A DNA stretch of 64,000 nt from Octopus sinensis. Lineage: Eukaryota. The stretch spans positions 63,984,001 through 64,048,000 of the forward strand of contig NC_043006.1 in NCBI RefSeq assembly GCF_006345805.1, written 5' to 3'. The translations under genes were made by a program, and so were the position numbers. Below, in pieces: positions 1-11,175 of the stretch. Below the pieces are notes generated by a model that did not search any database, was not told the origin of the DNA, and worked only from the letters and a program-made list of their open reading frames with translations. Every line of letters starts with the position of its first letter. Positions within the stretch are counted from its first letter, which is position 1.

Positions 1-284
1 AAAAGGCTTTGGTTGGCCCAAGCAAGAAAGTACAAGAACGCTTAGCCAATCACTATCTGTGTTAAGAGTCAACAAGGGAGACTACAGAGCCCTGTTACAT
101 ATAGGGATCTCCCTCAGCCACACCCCTGTGTCTTACAATAACAGACCTACTGCCTATGTTTGTGGGAACTCGTCAGTTTCCACTTCTTGCCAAGGGAGGT
201 AATAACCCCCCCCAGCTGATCAAACAGTCTGAGATGTGTTTTTGTGATGGACGTGTGACAGCAAAGCCCTTTTTACCTTTTTTA

Positions 285-640
285 ACTTATTTCAAGCATT
301 AGAATGCAGCCATGCTGGGGTAATACCATGAAGAAGTTTTAGCCAAGTACTTTACTTGTTTTTTCAAGCCTGGTACTTATTATATCAGTCTCTTTTGCTG
401 AACTGCTAAGTACAGGGATGTTACTACACCAAAACCAAGTGGTAATGGGGGACAAACACAGACACACACACACATACATATGATGGACTTCTTTCAGCTT
501 CCGTTTAGCCACTCACAACAAGGCTTTAGTTGGCCTGAGGCTACAGGAAAAGACACTTGCCCAAGGTTCCACACAGTAAGACCAAACTTGGAACCATGTG
601 GTTGGGAAGCAAACTTCTTACCACACAGCCATGCCTGTGC
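285..640 (-). mobile_element. tRNA-derived SINE, family A
   Basis: Shares GCAGCCATGCTGG, TACTTATT, CTCACAAGGCTTT, AGACACTTGCCCAAGG and CTTACCACACAGCC with many other copies in the window. Confidence 0.85.
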
Positions 641-766
641 CATTGTTTACAATCAGCACAAGAAGACATGTAAACAAAGAAATATGAACTCATTCACACA
701 CACACAAATGAATATAACAAAAGAGAAAATTCACCCCACCCCGCCAAAAAAGGCCAAGTTACTTAC

Positions 767-839
767 GAAGGCTTTATGTAAGGAATCGGTTGACCGAAGG
801 CAGTTACTGGTACTTTGTCTGCAATCTCTAAATGTGTGA
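767..839 (-). CDS. MSL1: MSL1 homolog exon (ITHLEIADKVPVTAFGQPIPYIKPS); the terminal exon is outside the window
   Basis: Acceptor tatctctctag, donor TC|GTAAGT; matches the MSL1 LPVVAFGRPLP motif (MSL3-binding region). Confidence 0.94.
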
Positions 840-904
840 CTAGAGAGATAAAGAGAGAAAATACATTAATGTCAGGATTACAATTCATCATTTAGCAATA
901 ATAT

Positions 905-1355
905 TTCACTTGTTTCAATCATTGGAGAGCAGCCAAGATGGGGCATTGCCTTGCAAGAATTTTAGTTGAAGGAATTGACCCCAGAATTTGATTTTTTTGT
1001 TTTGAAGCCTGGGACTGATTCTTCTAGTTGAATTGCTATGTTATAGGGGATGTAAACACACCAACACCTGTCGTCAATCAGCAGCAAGGGGCAAACAGAG
1101 GCACAGATACACACATGCATATATATATATATATGACAGGCTTCTTTCAGTTTCTGGCTACCATATCCATGCACAAGGCTTTGGTCAACCCAAGGCTACA
1201 GGAGGAGATACTTGCCCAAGGTGCCACAGAACCTGAAACCATGAAGTTGGAATCAAACTTCTTACCACACAGTCACACCTGCACTTTCACACACACAACA
1301 GGTTCATTCAGTTCCCATCTGTTAAATCCACTTACAAGGCTTTGGCCAGCCTGAG
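905..1355 (-). mobile_element. SINE family A, full copy plus partial second copy
   Basis: Same diagnostic blocks as the other family A copies. Confidence 0.85.
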
Positions 1356-1719
1356 GCTATAATCTTATCTCAAATACATGTCCTCAGTTTAATTCTTATT
1401 CCTAATTTCAGCCACTCAACTTTGATTTTCATTCTTCTCCATGGAGGGTGACAGGGGAAATGAAGGGTGTCAAAGTGGTACCAACTGCACAATAGAGTTT
1501 AACTCAATTTATCTTTCACATGAAGAGTTTAGTCAAACAAATCAACAATGAGAGCTGACTTGGGACTAAACTAGCCATTTCAGAAACCACAGAATGAGGA
1601 AATATACAGTATTGCTGGCATTTTTATGCAAGAGTGGGTTAGCTGAAACAGTAGTTCTTAGGGGAGACAACTACACATTTAAGCAATCACTTCATGTCAC
1701 ATGTCTGACCCTTCTATGA

Positions 1720-2035
1720 TACAAATTTCTTGCTTAAAAGTCATTTAAATAAAAACTTTCAACTAAATTCTTTATTCTCAAAATTAATTGAAAGGAAGGC
1801 ATCGGATCTCAACAGAAATATGGTAACAAAATATGGTTAATCCTTTAGCATTTAAACCATCTATATCCGGTCCAAATAGTTTCCTTGGTTTGTTAAAACT
1901 GACCATAACCAGCCTCTCACACCTACTTTACAATGGGATTTCAAAAATTAACAATCACATCAACGAAATCTTGAAGCTATGAGATCATGATTAATTCTAA
2001 GCATTACATTTGATGAAGTAATCTGGATGCAAGGA
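1720..2035. mobile_element. Adjacent TTAA-type (piggyBac-like) MITE relics
   Basis: GTTAATCCTTTAGCATT...GTAATCTGGATGC degenerate inverted ends; ATATGGTAACAAAATATGGTTAA end of a neighbouring element. Confidence 0.35.
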
Positions 2036-2057
2036 CAGAAAGAAGATAACAACTTAC

Positions 2058-2185
2058 TGTCTTCTAATGAAGGATAAAAAGACGTTAAGAAATTATCGCC
2101 ATCTTTGGAGTCTTTTGAATCTGGTTTCTCTTTCTCTCGTAATTTTTCATACATTTTCTGTTCTCGCATCCGTTGAAGGTCCCAC
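2058..2185 (-). CDS. MSL1: MSL1 homolog exon (WDLQRMREQKMYEKLREKE...LTSFYPSLED)
   Basis: Acceptor gtgtcacag, donor A|GTAAGT; matches MSL1 WDIQRIREQ...VTSFFPEPDD; phases consistent. Confidence 0.95.
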
Positions 2186-3853
2186 CTGTGACACATAAAG
2201 AGATACAACATATAGATAAAGATGGAAATGAAACTAGTATTACTTGGAAAACAGGTATGGGTTAGCAACAGGAAGGGCATCTGTTTGCAAAACAATGTTT
2301 CAATACTAATATGATGGGCTTCTTTCAGCCTCCATCTATCAAACCCATTTACGAAGGCTTGGTTAGCCCGGGGCCATAGGAGAAGGCACTGCCAAGGTGG
2401 CACATAGTGGGGACTGAACCCAAGAGCACATGGTTGGGAAGAAGTTTAGCCATGCTTGTGCCCATCATACATATCTGTGAGTCCCACAATGTATGCAGAG
2501 AGAAACAAACTAAACTGTCTTGTACCACCTGGAAAATGTGGGGACAAATCAGATGGGGGGGGGGGGTTAAAGCAACATTCTACAGCTGGATCCCTTCCTG
2601 TTATCAACAAATACTTGTTTTCAAATAAGAAATTTTTTTACTCCAAATGTCTTAGAAGGCACAGAGCAATTGGTCACAATAACAACAAGTAATGTAAACA
2701 TCATGTCACTGATTTGCTCAGACAATGGCAAGCAAAGCCATGATGGTATGTTAACAACTGCATACACATATAGAGTACAAAACAGTTCCCCAGGTGCCCT
2801 ATTATCCAATTTTTTTTTATTTACTGAAGGAATTAGTAAATAAACAATCACACTTGTGAGACAGGTGTAATAGATGATCAGTGGATTTTTACAATAAGGA
2901 GAAAAGTACCAATAAAAATATACCAGAATTGGAGGGCAAAAAATTGCTTTGGATAAATAATTTTACAGAAGGAAACCACCACCCAATTCTTTGTTCTTTT
3001 TCTTATTCATGAGGAGTGATAGCTATTCCAAAAATCTGCTGATCAGTTATGACAATGTCTCATGTGTGTGATAGTTTATTTACTAAGCTTTTAGTAAATA
3101 AAAATTGAGCACTCAATAGTAGAAAAGTACTCTTGTCTAAGGTTCTGCACAATGGGAAACCACATGGTTACACAGCAAGATCCTAACCTCTGAAGGTAAA
3201 TAAAAAAAAGTAGCAATTGAAGGTGGTAGGCAGTGAAATGCCTTACTGTATCTGTCTCAGTTGTTTGTGTCCTGATAGAAAAGTTTTTGATGACATGGGT
3301 GTTTAGGCCCAAATCAAGAGTTTTTCACTGGGGGTACGGAAAGGGGAGATATGCATGTATGGGAAACCTTTTTTTAAAAAATAGGCCATATCAGACATGG
3401 TTCATAATCAGGTGGTATTGCACTACTAAAAGAATTCCAGGTAACTCTCCCATTAGGTGTGCCATTCAGAAAGTCCTGTGGAGAGCAACTGTAGCTTTGT
3501 AATTATTGCAGGTTCATTTCAAGTTTTCTGTCTCATTCCAAAAGATACTTTGACTAACATATACCGTCATTGATGACATAAAAGATGCACAGGCATATTA
3601 GACGGACCCCAATTAAACATGTAGGATTCAGAGTAAGTTTCTTGAGACATTTTATTGGGGAGGGAAATATAAAAGTGTATCTTATATGCAATCAAATCAG
3701 CTGTTCTAGACAGAGTATATTTAGAAGGGTAACAATAAAAAAAAAAGGGGGGGGGGCTGCATTTGGAGTGACTGTGATAGTAGTTCTGCTTGCTCAGAGC
3801 TGACATGAGGCTAAACAAAAACAATACACATCTCTGTCAAAAGATCTATTTAC

Positions 3854-3921
3854 CGTTTTCTCCGTTTCTCTTCATGTTCAGGTTTTTGATGGCGCTTAGT
3901 AAACACTTCATCTTCTAAATT
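3854..3921 (-). CDS. MSL1: MSL1 homolog exon, PEHE core (NLEDEVFTKRHQKPEHEEKRRKR)
   Basis: Acceptor tttttacag, donor CG|GTAAAT; close match to MSL1 ENLDDSVFSKRHAKLELDEKRRKRW. Confidence 0.96.
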
Positions 3922-4268
3922 CTGTAAAAAGAAAACAACAGGGCCTTGGTTACAAACTAATTTCACGTGATCCAAAGGCAGGTGGTTATGTAATGGAGTA
4001 AAACAGAAAGGGGATGGGTAGAGGTTAGCTGAAAGTGAGGAAACCTTATGGGGGGCGACTATGTTGAGATCAAAGCAAAAAGCTTGTTACAAACAGTAAA
4101 TGGTCGATTTTATCACATGGGTACAAGGCAAGAACAGTTGGTTGAACAGACACCAGCAGATGACTGGTACACCCTTATTTCACTGTTACTTCTACCCCAC
4201 ATATAGTTTGTTTACAAACAGCAGGATTTTGGGGAGAGAGAGAGAGAGAAAGAAAGAAAAAGACTTAC

Positions 4269-4330
4269 TTCTGTACCCTCTAAAGTATAACAATTGGCAA
4301 CTGTCCGTAACCGCCAATGTGGAATTTCTA
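4269..4330 (-). CDS. MSL1: MSL1 homolog exon, start of PEHE domain (VEIPHWRLRTVANCYTLEGTE)
   Basis: Acceptor tttcttttag (tandem TAGTAG), donor GAA|GTAAGT; VEIPHWR matches the (L/I)xVPxWR start of PEHE domains. Confidence 0.93.
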
Positions 4331-4656
4331 CTAAAAGAAACAAGTACGAGTAGTTTAGATTACAGCTTCCGTAATTAGATAACAACATTAGTAATATTAA
4401 CAACAACATGGACACACAGACATCATTAACGTCATATTTACAGATCATTGTGTAATGAGGACTTTTTACCCTTACCGGATACAAGGCAATGGCACATGAC
4501 AAGCTTTCCACTGCCACTGCCATGATGAAATGCACCTGTAAAGCAGTTGCTGGCTGAAAGGACATCCAGAATAAGAACTGACTTGGACTGCAGCAATCCA
4601 TCTATTACATGCCAGCGCGGAAAGCACACGTAAAGCGCCCCCACCACCCACACATC

Positions 4657-4815
4657 GGTGCAGGTGTGGCTGTGTGGTAAGAAGTTTGCTTCACAACCAC
4701 AACTTCAGGTTCAGTCCCACCATGAGACACCATGGGCAAATGTTTCCCACTATAGCCTCAGGCAGACCTGAGCATGATGAATGGGTTGGGTAGATGGAAA
4801 CTGAAAGAAAACCCA
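4657..4815 (+). mobile_element. SINE family A, 5' half
   Basis: GGTGCAGGTGTGGCTGTGTGGTAAG (A box) ... GGTTCAGTCCC (B box). Confidence 0.85.
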
Positions 4816-4829
4816 TAAAAGTACATATA

Positions 4830-5187
4830 CTCTCTTATTCTTTTGTTTCAGTCATTTGACTGCAGCCATGCTGGAGGACTGCCTTTAGTTGAGCAAACCG
4901 ACCCCAGGGCTGGACTTATTCTTTGTAAGCCTAGTACTTATTCTATCAGTCTCTTGTTAAGTTATGGGGATGTAAACACACTAGCATCAGTTGTCAAGCT
5001 ATGTTGAGGGGAACAAACATACACATACATACATACGATGGGCTTCTATCAGTTTCTGTCTACCAAATCCACCCACAAGGCTTTGGTTGGCCCGAGGCTA
5101 CAGTAGAAGACACTTGCCCAAGTTGCCACGCAGTGGGACTGAACCCAGAATCATGTGGTTGGTAAGCAAGCTTCATACCACACAGCC
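4830..5187 (-). mobile_element. SINE family A, near full length
   Basis: TTTCAGTCATTTGACTGCAGCCATGCTGG...CCACACAGCC. Confidence 0.9.
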
Positions 5188-5734
5188 ATTTCATGTTACT
5201 TTGATACCATGTGATAGTTTGTATCATGATATTTGCACCATCATGTAAGTGGAGTCCTTCACTTTCAAGATTCCATGAAAAACATATTACGTTGCTTGGA
5301 AACTGATGAAGTTTGGCAACAGGAAGAGCATCTGGTCGAAGAAAAAAATCTGCCTCAACAAATTCCATCTGACCCATGCAAGCATAAAAAGGTAGCTGCT
5401 ACTGGGGCCTAGAGTCATAGTACTGACTGTTTGATTCAGTTTAAATGCCTCACATAGAACAAATAAAATTGTCCTGTCTCGATTCATAGGCATCGATCTA
5501 CTATAACCTACATATAATTATTAGGAGAAAGGCTAAAATGCCTAAATTCACGTTTACCAAAAACGTGTGATGTCACCCGTATCATCTGAAACACACGGTT
5601 ATCTCCCTTGTTCCATTAGGCAGCCGATTGCCTGATTAATCAATTTGAATGCATTATAGAGAGGCTTAAAGATTCTGTTTTTGTTAGGAATGTTTCATTG
5701 ATTGACATTAAGTAATTTCTCATTCGTCAGTCAC

Positions 5735-5767
5735 TAATTGAAAAACAAATACAAAGTTTTATTTATT
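5735..5767 (-). terminator. Candidate intronic polyadenylation signal
   Basis: Two overlapping AATAAA hexamers (plus-strand tttatt at 5758-5763 and 5762-5767) followed by GTATTTGTTTT; ends a ~1.5 kb repeat-free UTR-like tract. Confidence 0.4.
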
Positions 5768-7312
5768 CTTCTGCAAGTTATTGGGATATTCAGCAGTCAA
5801 CTCAACTCATATATACAATGGCTGAGTTACAAGTTCTAAACGAAACAAAATCAGTTAAACATACAGGTACATAACAACAGGTCATTCATACATTAGTGGC
5901 TCCATTAGAGAAATACTGAGTGCAAAATGTACAAAAATACAATTACCCATACATAGGAAAATGTGAAGACAATGTCTTTTGGATGAATATATTCTGTGCT
6001 TCTAACTACAATATAAATTACATTCACAACAAATATATCATAACACAATACATTTTAGATATTCTTAACTAAAATAACTTGTAGTGTAAAATGTATTCAA
6101 GCATTGACAACATATACAGACAAAAAACATTGACACACACACATGTAGATACATCAGTCATATCTTTGAGATATTGGTAGTTTTTGTAGTTAGTAGTACA
6201 AAAAAAAACAAAAAAAAACACTCAACTTCATATATAATTTAAAATGTTCCTTATATTTTTATCTGTTAATAATATCAATGGATTATAATTTTCTGACTAC
6301 TTTACAGAATGGAAAGAAGCGTGCATTAAACACAGTTCAACTTGTCTATGGTTTCACAGAAAGTATTACAACCCCCCTTACAATGCAATGGTAGCAACAG
6401 AAAGGTTTAAACAGTCAACTCTAATTATAATTTGAGCAATTTTATAGAAGTGTTCAGATATCACCAATAAACAATGTTTTTGCTTGGAAACACTCCACTG
6501 ATAGCAAATAAAAGCTATTTACAAGAGTTGTGTCGCCATCAACACCAGTGGCATATTATCATTGTTATGTTCCCAGACAAGGCACATAACTCTCTTTCTA
6601 CTAGCATGCTTGTGTTGGCAACAAAATGAACACCAATCCTAGTGCAAGTTTGACTGGGTTAGCACAAGGTAGAGCAGCTATCCAGCTCTATAAGAGAAAA
6701 TGCAATCATTACACTCCAGTAAGTAAATTGTACCACTGAAGCTAACAAGAAAAACGATGTGAAAAAAAAAATGTTAAGTTACATCATTTGTGAGACCTAT
6801 ATCGTTTGTTTTTGTTGCACTTCTACCATAGTTACTTTCAACCGTCACTGTCAAACTCCAAAGCTCATCCACTCAACACCATTCAACCAAGTTACTTTTG
6901 TATCTCTTGCAATATGTCAACCAACCAAAACTGAACAATAAACAAACTCAACCTCTCTCGCTCACTCACGCACAAAGAATCTCCAAGTTTTTCTGCTACC
7001 TACACATATGGATGTGGATGTATTTAAAATATTGCATTTGAGGGCATAAATGATGCACCCCAATTTCAGCAGTGCATATTCAGGGAAGCAAAAAAAAAAA
7101 AAATTTTTTTTAGTGCATGAAAGCATGTAATAATGAAAGTAATTTTGTATATAGAACCAAAGTGATTTGATTTTCAAGACATTTTTTACGGAAGAAAGCA
7201 CACCTTACATACCATTAAGTATGGTAAATAAAATATCAAGTAATCAATGTGAAAAAAGAAAAAAAAGATGCAAGTGTTTGGCAACCACATGCCAAGCTTC
7301 CGTACAGCTTAC

Positions 7313-7581
7313 CTTTTGTACCATCAGGACATATTTCATCGTTGGTGTGTCGTGAGTTCACTAACACTCGTTCTGTGGGAGGAGGTGGTTCATAGTAAGA
7401 GACATAATATAAATTGTCAGTTCGTAAAATCAGCTCCCCATTTTCCGACAGCTCCGTACATTTCGACACAGAGTTATTGTTGTGGCAAGAGAGCTTGTTT
7501 TTCGTTACAGAATGTGATTTGGACCTTGTGGAGTCTGATATCACTTTCTTTTGAACGTTCTGGGCATCAACTCCAAATTTT
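7313..7581 (-). CDS. MSL1: MSL1 homolog exon (linker; KFGVDAQ...LRTDNLYYVSYYEPPPP...DGTK)
   Basis: Acceptor ctctaacttacag, donor AAG|GTAAGC; 269 nt, phase 2 to phase 1, in frame with both neighbours; same frame as ORF 7236..7544. Confidence 0.88.
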
Positions 7582-7811
7582 CTGTAAGTTAGAGGTAGAT
7601 AATGAACAAAGTTGAAGACACAATGTTAGGCAATTTACTGAGTCAGAAGAAGCAAAAAAAGAAGGAACTAAACAGACGAGACCAATGTTTTTCAAAAATC
7701 TACAGGTGCCCTGTAGATTATATAAAAAACAATTTCTATCTAATATTTGAGTGTCCTGGAAAAATGAATTATTCATAATTTTGTTATACACAACTATGAA
7801 TAAGTAGTATC

Positions 7812-8430
7812 CTTAACCTCCATGTTCCATGCTGGCATGGGTTGGATGGTTTGACCAAGTTGATATCAGCACAGACTTCTTTCTTGCAATTACACCAGAT
7901 TCCTCCCATATTCAGTCTTTGTCATTCCTGCACACTTCCATTGCACATCCAACAGAGTTTACTCACTTCATATCTTTCCAGTTTTCTCGTGTCTTCTACA
8001 TTCAAAGCTCATGTCTCACTACCACTCTGTATCACAATTTTAACACAAATACAACCTGCCTTTCATTCTGAAAGAAAAGACATGTATTACCAGCAATGGT
8101 AGTGGCTCCTTTCTTCAGTCCATGCTCACTCTTGGCTTCTATACTTCCAGAGCAATCCCTCCTTTGCTAATTATATTTCCTCGGTTACTAAAGCTATGAA
8201 CTACTTCTAGTGAACCATCAGGGCATTTAAGAGAATCTCTTTCTGTTTTTATTCCAGGACATCTATCACATACAAAGCTTAGGTTCTCTGTTAATCTGTC
8301 TCTAATTCCACTACATCCCTTACGTGTCCATAGTTTACCTTGGTACAGTGTATGGAGCTTAGACCTACCCACTTTTCTGCATACTGAGCAGGGCTATTTC
8401 TCTGAAGATACCAGGGTTCTGCTTTGTATA
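7812..8430 (-). mobile_element. Decayed RTE-clade LINE 3' fragment (MSL1 intron)
   Basis: Translation PCSVCRK...LWTRKGCSGI...FVCDRC...SLEVVHSF...GG, then SETWALNVED-like: the Cys-rich insert and post-RT region of RTE ORF2, with frameshifts. Confidence 0.8.
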
Positions 8431-8739
8431 CCATAGATGTATATCCAATTTATTGCACATAAATTCCGACAACAAAATCTCATATGGACCCTAGTTGAGA
8501 ACCGCTGCCTTAGAGCAAGCTATAAGGGGAAAGAGAAGGAAAACTAGGGAGAAAGTTGAAACTTGAGGGAGGGGGGACGAAAATCCCAGAGAAAAAAGCA
8601 AGAAGGAGACTAAAGAAAACTATGAGAGAAAGAAACAGAGGGGAGAGAAGAGAGTGGGGTAGGGGAAACGAAGTAAAGATAAGGGAGAGGGGAAAAATGA
8701 GACAATGAGGAAAGTGTAGGAAGAAGGAAAACTGCTTAC

Positions 8740-8900
8740 CTTTCTCTACGTTTTAGAAAGGCAATCTTCTTACTGCCCCTGTCACCGGTGCTTTCATTGC
8801 TAGCCTGGGTCTTTGACATATGATAGGAGGAGTTCATTGGCTCGTCTTTCTGCTTCAGAATAGACAAACGGCGCTCCATGCGATCTATGCGGCATTTTAA
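8740..8900 (-). CDS. MSL1: MSL1 homolog exon: C-terminal half of the N-terminal coiled coil (LKCRIDRMERRLSILKQKDE...KRRE)
   Basis: Acceptor tgttttgcag, donor AG|GTAAGC, 161 nt open. LKCRIDRMERRL resembles vertebrate MSL1 LLARIERMERRM. Confidence 0.9.
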
Positions 8901-10380
8901 CTGCAAAACAAAGAAAATAACAATTTAAAAATAAAAGAAAATATATATTCTAATCTAGACATAAGGCCAGATAGTTTGGGAGCGGGTACAAGAAAGGAAC
9001 GATTAATAATATCGATTGACGTCAGTATTCCGGTACTTTATTTTAACGAGATTGAAGTTTTGAAAGGCGAAGTTCAACTTCGGCGGGAGTTATAAACTCA
9101 GAAAGTAAAGGGAGATAACTAAACACTGCAATATCTAATAGATCTGTCATCACTCAAATGATTCACCGCTCTATAAATTCTGCTTACCGTTTTAATGATT
9201 AACTTCACAATGCCGTCGATAAAAGAGAGAGATCAGAAGAGATGACAGTGATAGAGAAGGCTTTATAATAAAAAACAAAACAAAAAGAAAATCTCAACTA
9301 ACTTTCTGCCGTCTCTGCCAAAGTATAATAAAATTAGCGAAGAAAATTATAAGGTAAATTCGTAAATAAAGAAGTGTGTGTATACACACACATAGTTGCT
9401 ATTATGTTAAACTGTCGTATGTCTAAATTTGGCCGAATGCGTTTTTTTTTAATTCAATATTTTTTTTTGTTTTTTGCTTGTAATAGCCGGTTCTTTTAGT
9501 CAAACTATCGTATCTCCAGCTGCTTCAGATAAAAATTGTCAAAGTGTAGTACAAAGCATTTTTCAAAAGTGTAGTAAGTCCCACAGACGACAGTTTCGCA
9601 AAAATATTTCTGACTGAAAATGTCATTACATGCATGGAGTTACGATTTTATGCACCCAACAAAGTTATTATTATTAGGCTGAAACTGTTGCTAATGTAAA
9701 AAAAGGAATGGAATGGTGAAACTACATTTTCGTTTTCTGAAAAAGCAATGCTTTGGACTTACGACACTTGCAAAATTGCAACGATATGCAAGTGTGTGTG
9801 TGTGTGAGATGTAATTGTTTCGTGACAAGGGATATTATTGCCAGACGGTAACGTCTAAGTTGCAGTTAACGTTCGCAAGTTGTTTACACTGAAGCAAGAC
9901 ATTTATTATAACAATATTGGTTTCAAATTTTGGCACAAGGCCAGCAATTTCGAGGGGGAGTAAATCGATGACATCGACCCACAGTGCTCAACTGGCATTC
10001 AGTGCCTTATAATAATTAATTTCAAATACTATAGAATAAATAATTTCTAATACTATCACAAGATCACATATTTTGAAGGGAGGAGGGTTAGAATGGATTT
10101 AATCGACCCTACTGCATTCTCGTTTTTTTTTTTTTAAACAACTCTGATGGGATTTGAACGTAGAAAATACTTAGATAGAAGCTCGGCTTTTCATGCGTTA
10201 CACTAGCAACTTTGCCGTTAGCCCCACAATGGCACACATTTACCGGAATATAATCAATCGAATCGATAGGCAGCATGAGTAATAAATGTTAATGTATAAC
10301 ATGTGGAGGGGTGGTGGAGAGAGATAGGGAGGAACAAGTCGACTGGGACTCTCGCTTAACTATTTACTGAACCGGTTGAA

Positions 10381-10598
10381 AGGCGGCGAGCTGGCAGAGA
10401 CGTTAGCACGCCGGGCGAAATGCGTAGCCGTATTTCGTCTGTCGTTACGTTCCGAGTTCAAATTCCGCCGAGGTTGACTTTACCTTTCATCCTTTCGGGG
10501 TCGATAAATTAAGTACCAGTTACGCACTGGGGTCGATGTAATCGGCTTAATCCCTTTGTCTGTCCTTGTTTGTCCCCTCTATGGGTAGTAAAGAAATA
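10381..10598 (+). mobile_element. SINE family B (Meta-domain-like core), young copy with 20-bp TSD
   Basis: AGGCGGCGAGCTGGCAGA...GAGTTCAAATTCC...CCTTTCATCCTTTCGGGGTCGATAAATTAAGTACC; flanked by TATTTACTGAAC(C/T)GGTTGAA at 10361-10380 and 10599-10618. Confidence 0.92.
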
Positions 10599-11102
10599 TA
10601 TTTACTGAACTGGTTGAACAAACCGTCAGGCGAAACCTAGTTTGACTTTGCTGTCAGTAATGAATCATACCAACAGTAATTACACAATTGCTATTACGTT
10701 AAAATAATACGCATTTAACACACACACACACACACTAATACTAAATTCATGAAACTGATAAGTAAAATCTAGCTGGTTAGGACTATATTAAACGACCGGT
10801 TAGGGAGATTCCCAACCAGCACAAATTATGTGGTCACTCACTCGACTTGTTAGAAACAGCAGCTAAATCTCAAACGACACTGCCGTCTTAAAAAGAAATG
10901 AACGTAGAAAATGTGGCTGTACATAACCGTTAAAAGATGCCTTCCCCCCCCACTCTATTGTTTAACCAGAAGGGAAGGCAAGTAGGGAAGATACCCCCCC
11001 CCTAAAAAAAAGAGACCTGTTCTGAATGTGGGAAACAATGAACGCTTCCAAAAATACAAGGAATGCAAAACAGCTGGTCCTTAGATGACTTTATCAAGCA
11101 TT

Positions 11103-11175
11103 CAGAAATGGTTTGGTGGTAAGAACACCCGCTTGTCATGCGGGAGACAAAGGGTCAATCCTCAACCGAGTGGCA
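11103..11175 (+). pseudogene. tRNA-Asp(GTC)-like relic or SINE head
   Basis: TGGTGGTAAG D-arm-like, anticodon arm CCCGC-TTGTCAT-GCGGG-AGAC as in tRNA-Asp; T loop and acceptor stem degenerate. Confidence 0.55.

Noticed and set aside
155-215. Minus-strand LPW (YYLPWQEVETDEFPQT*) as the MSL1 terminal exon
   Set aside because: The nearest AG gives the wrong phase and lacks a pyrimidine tract; the true last exon probably lies outside the window.
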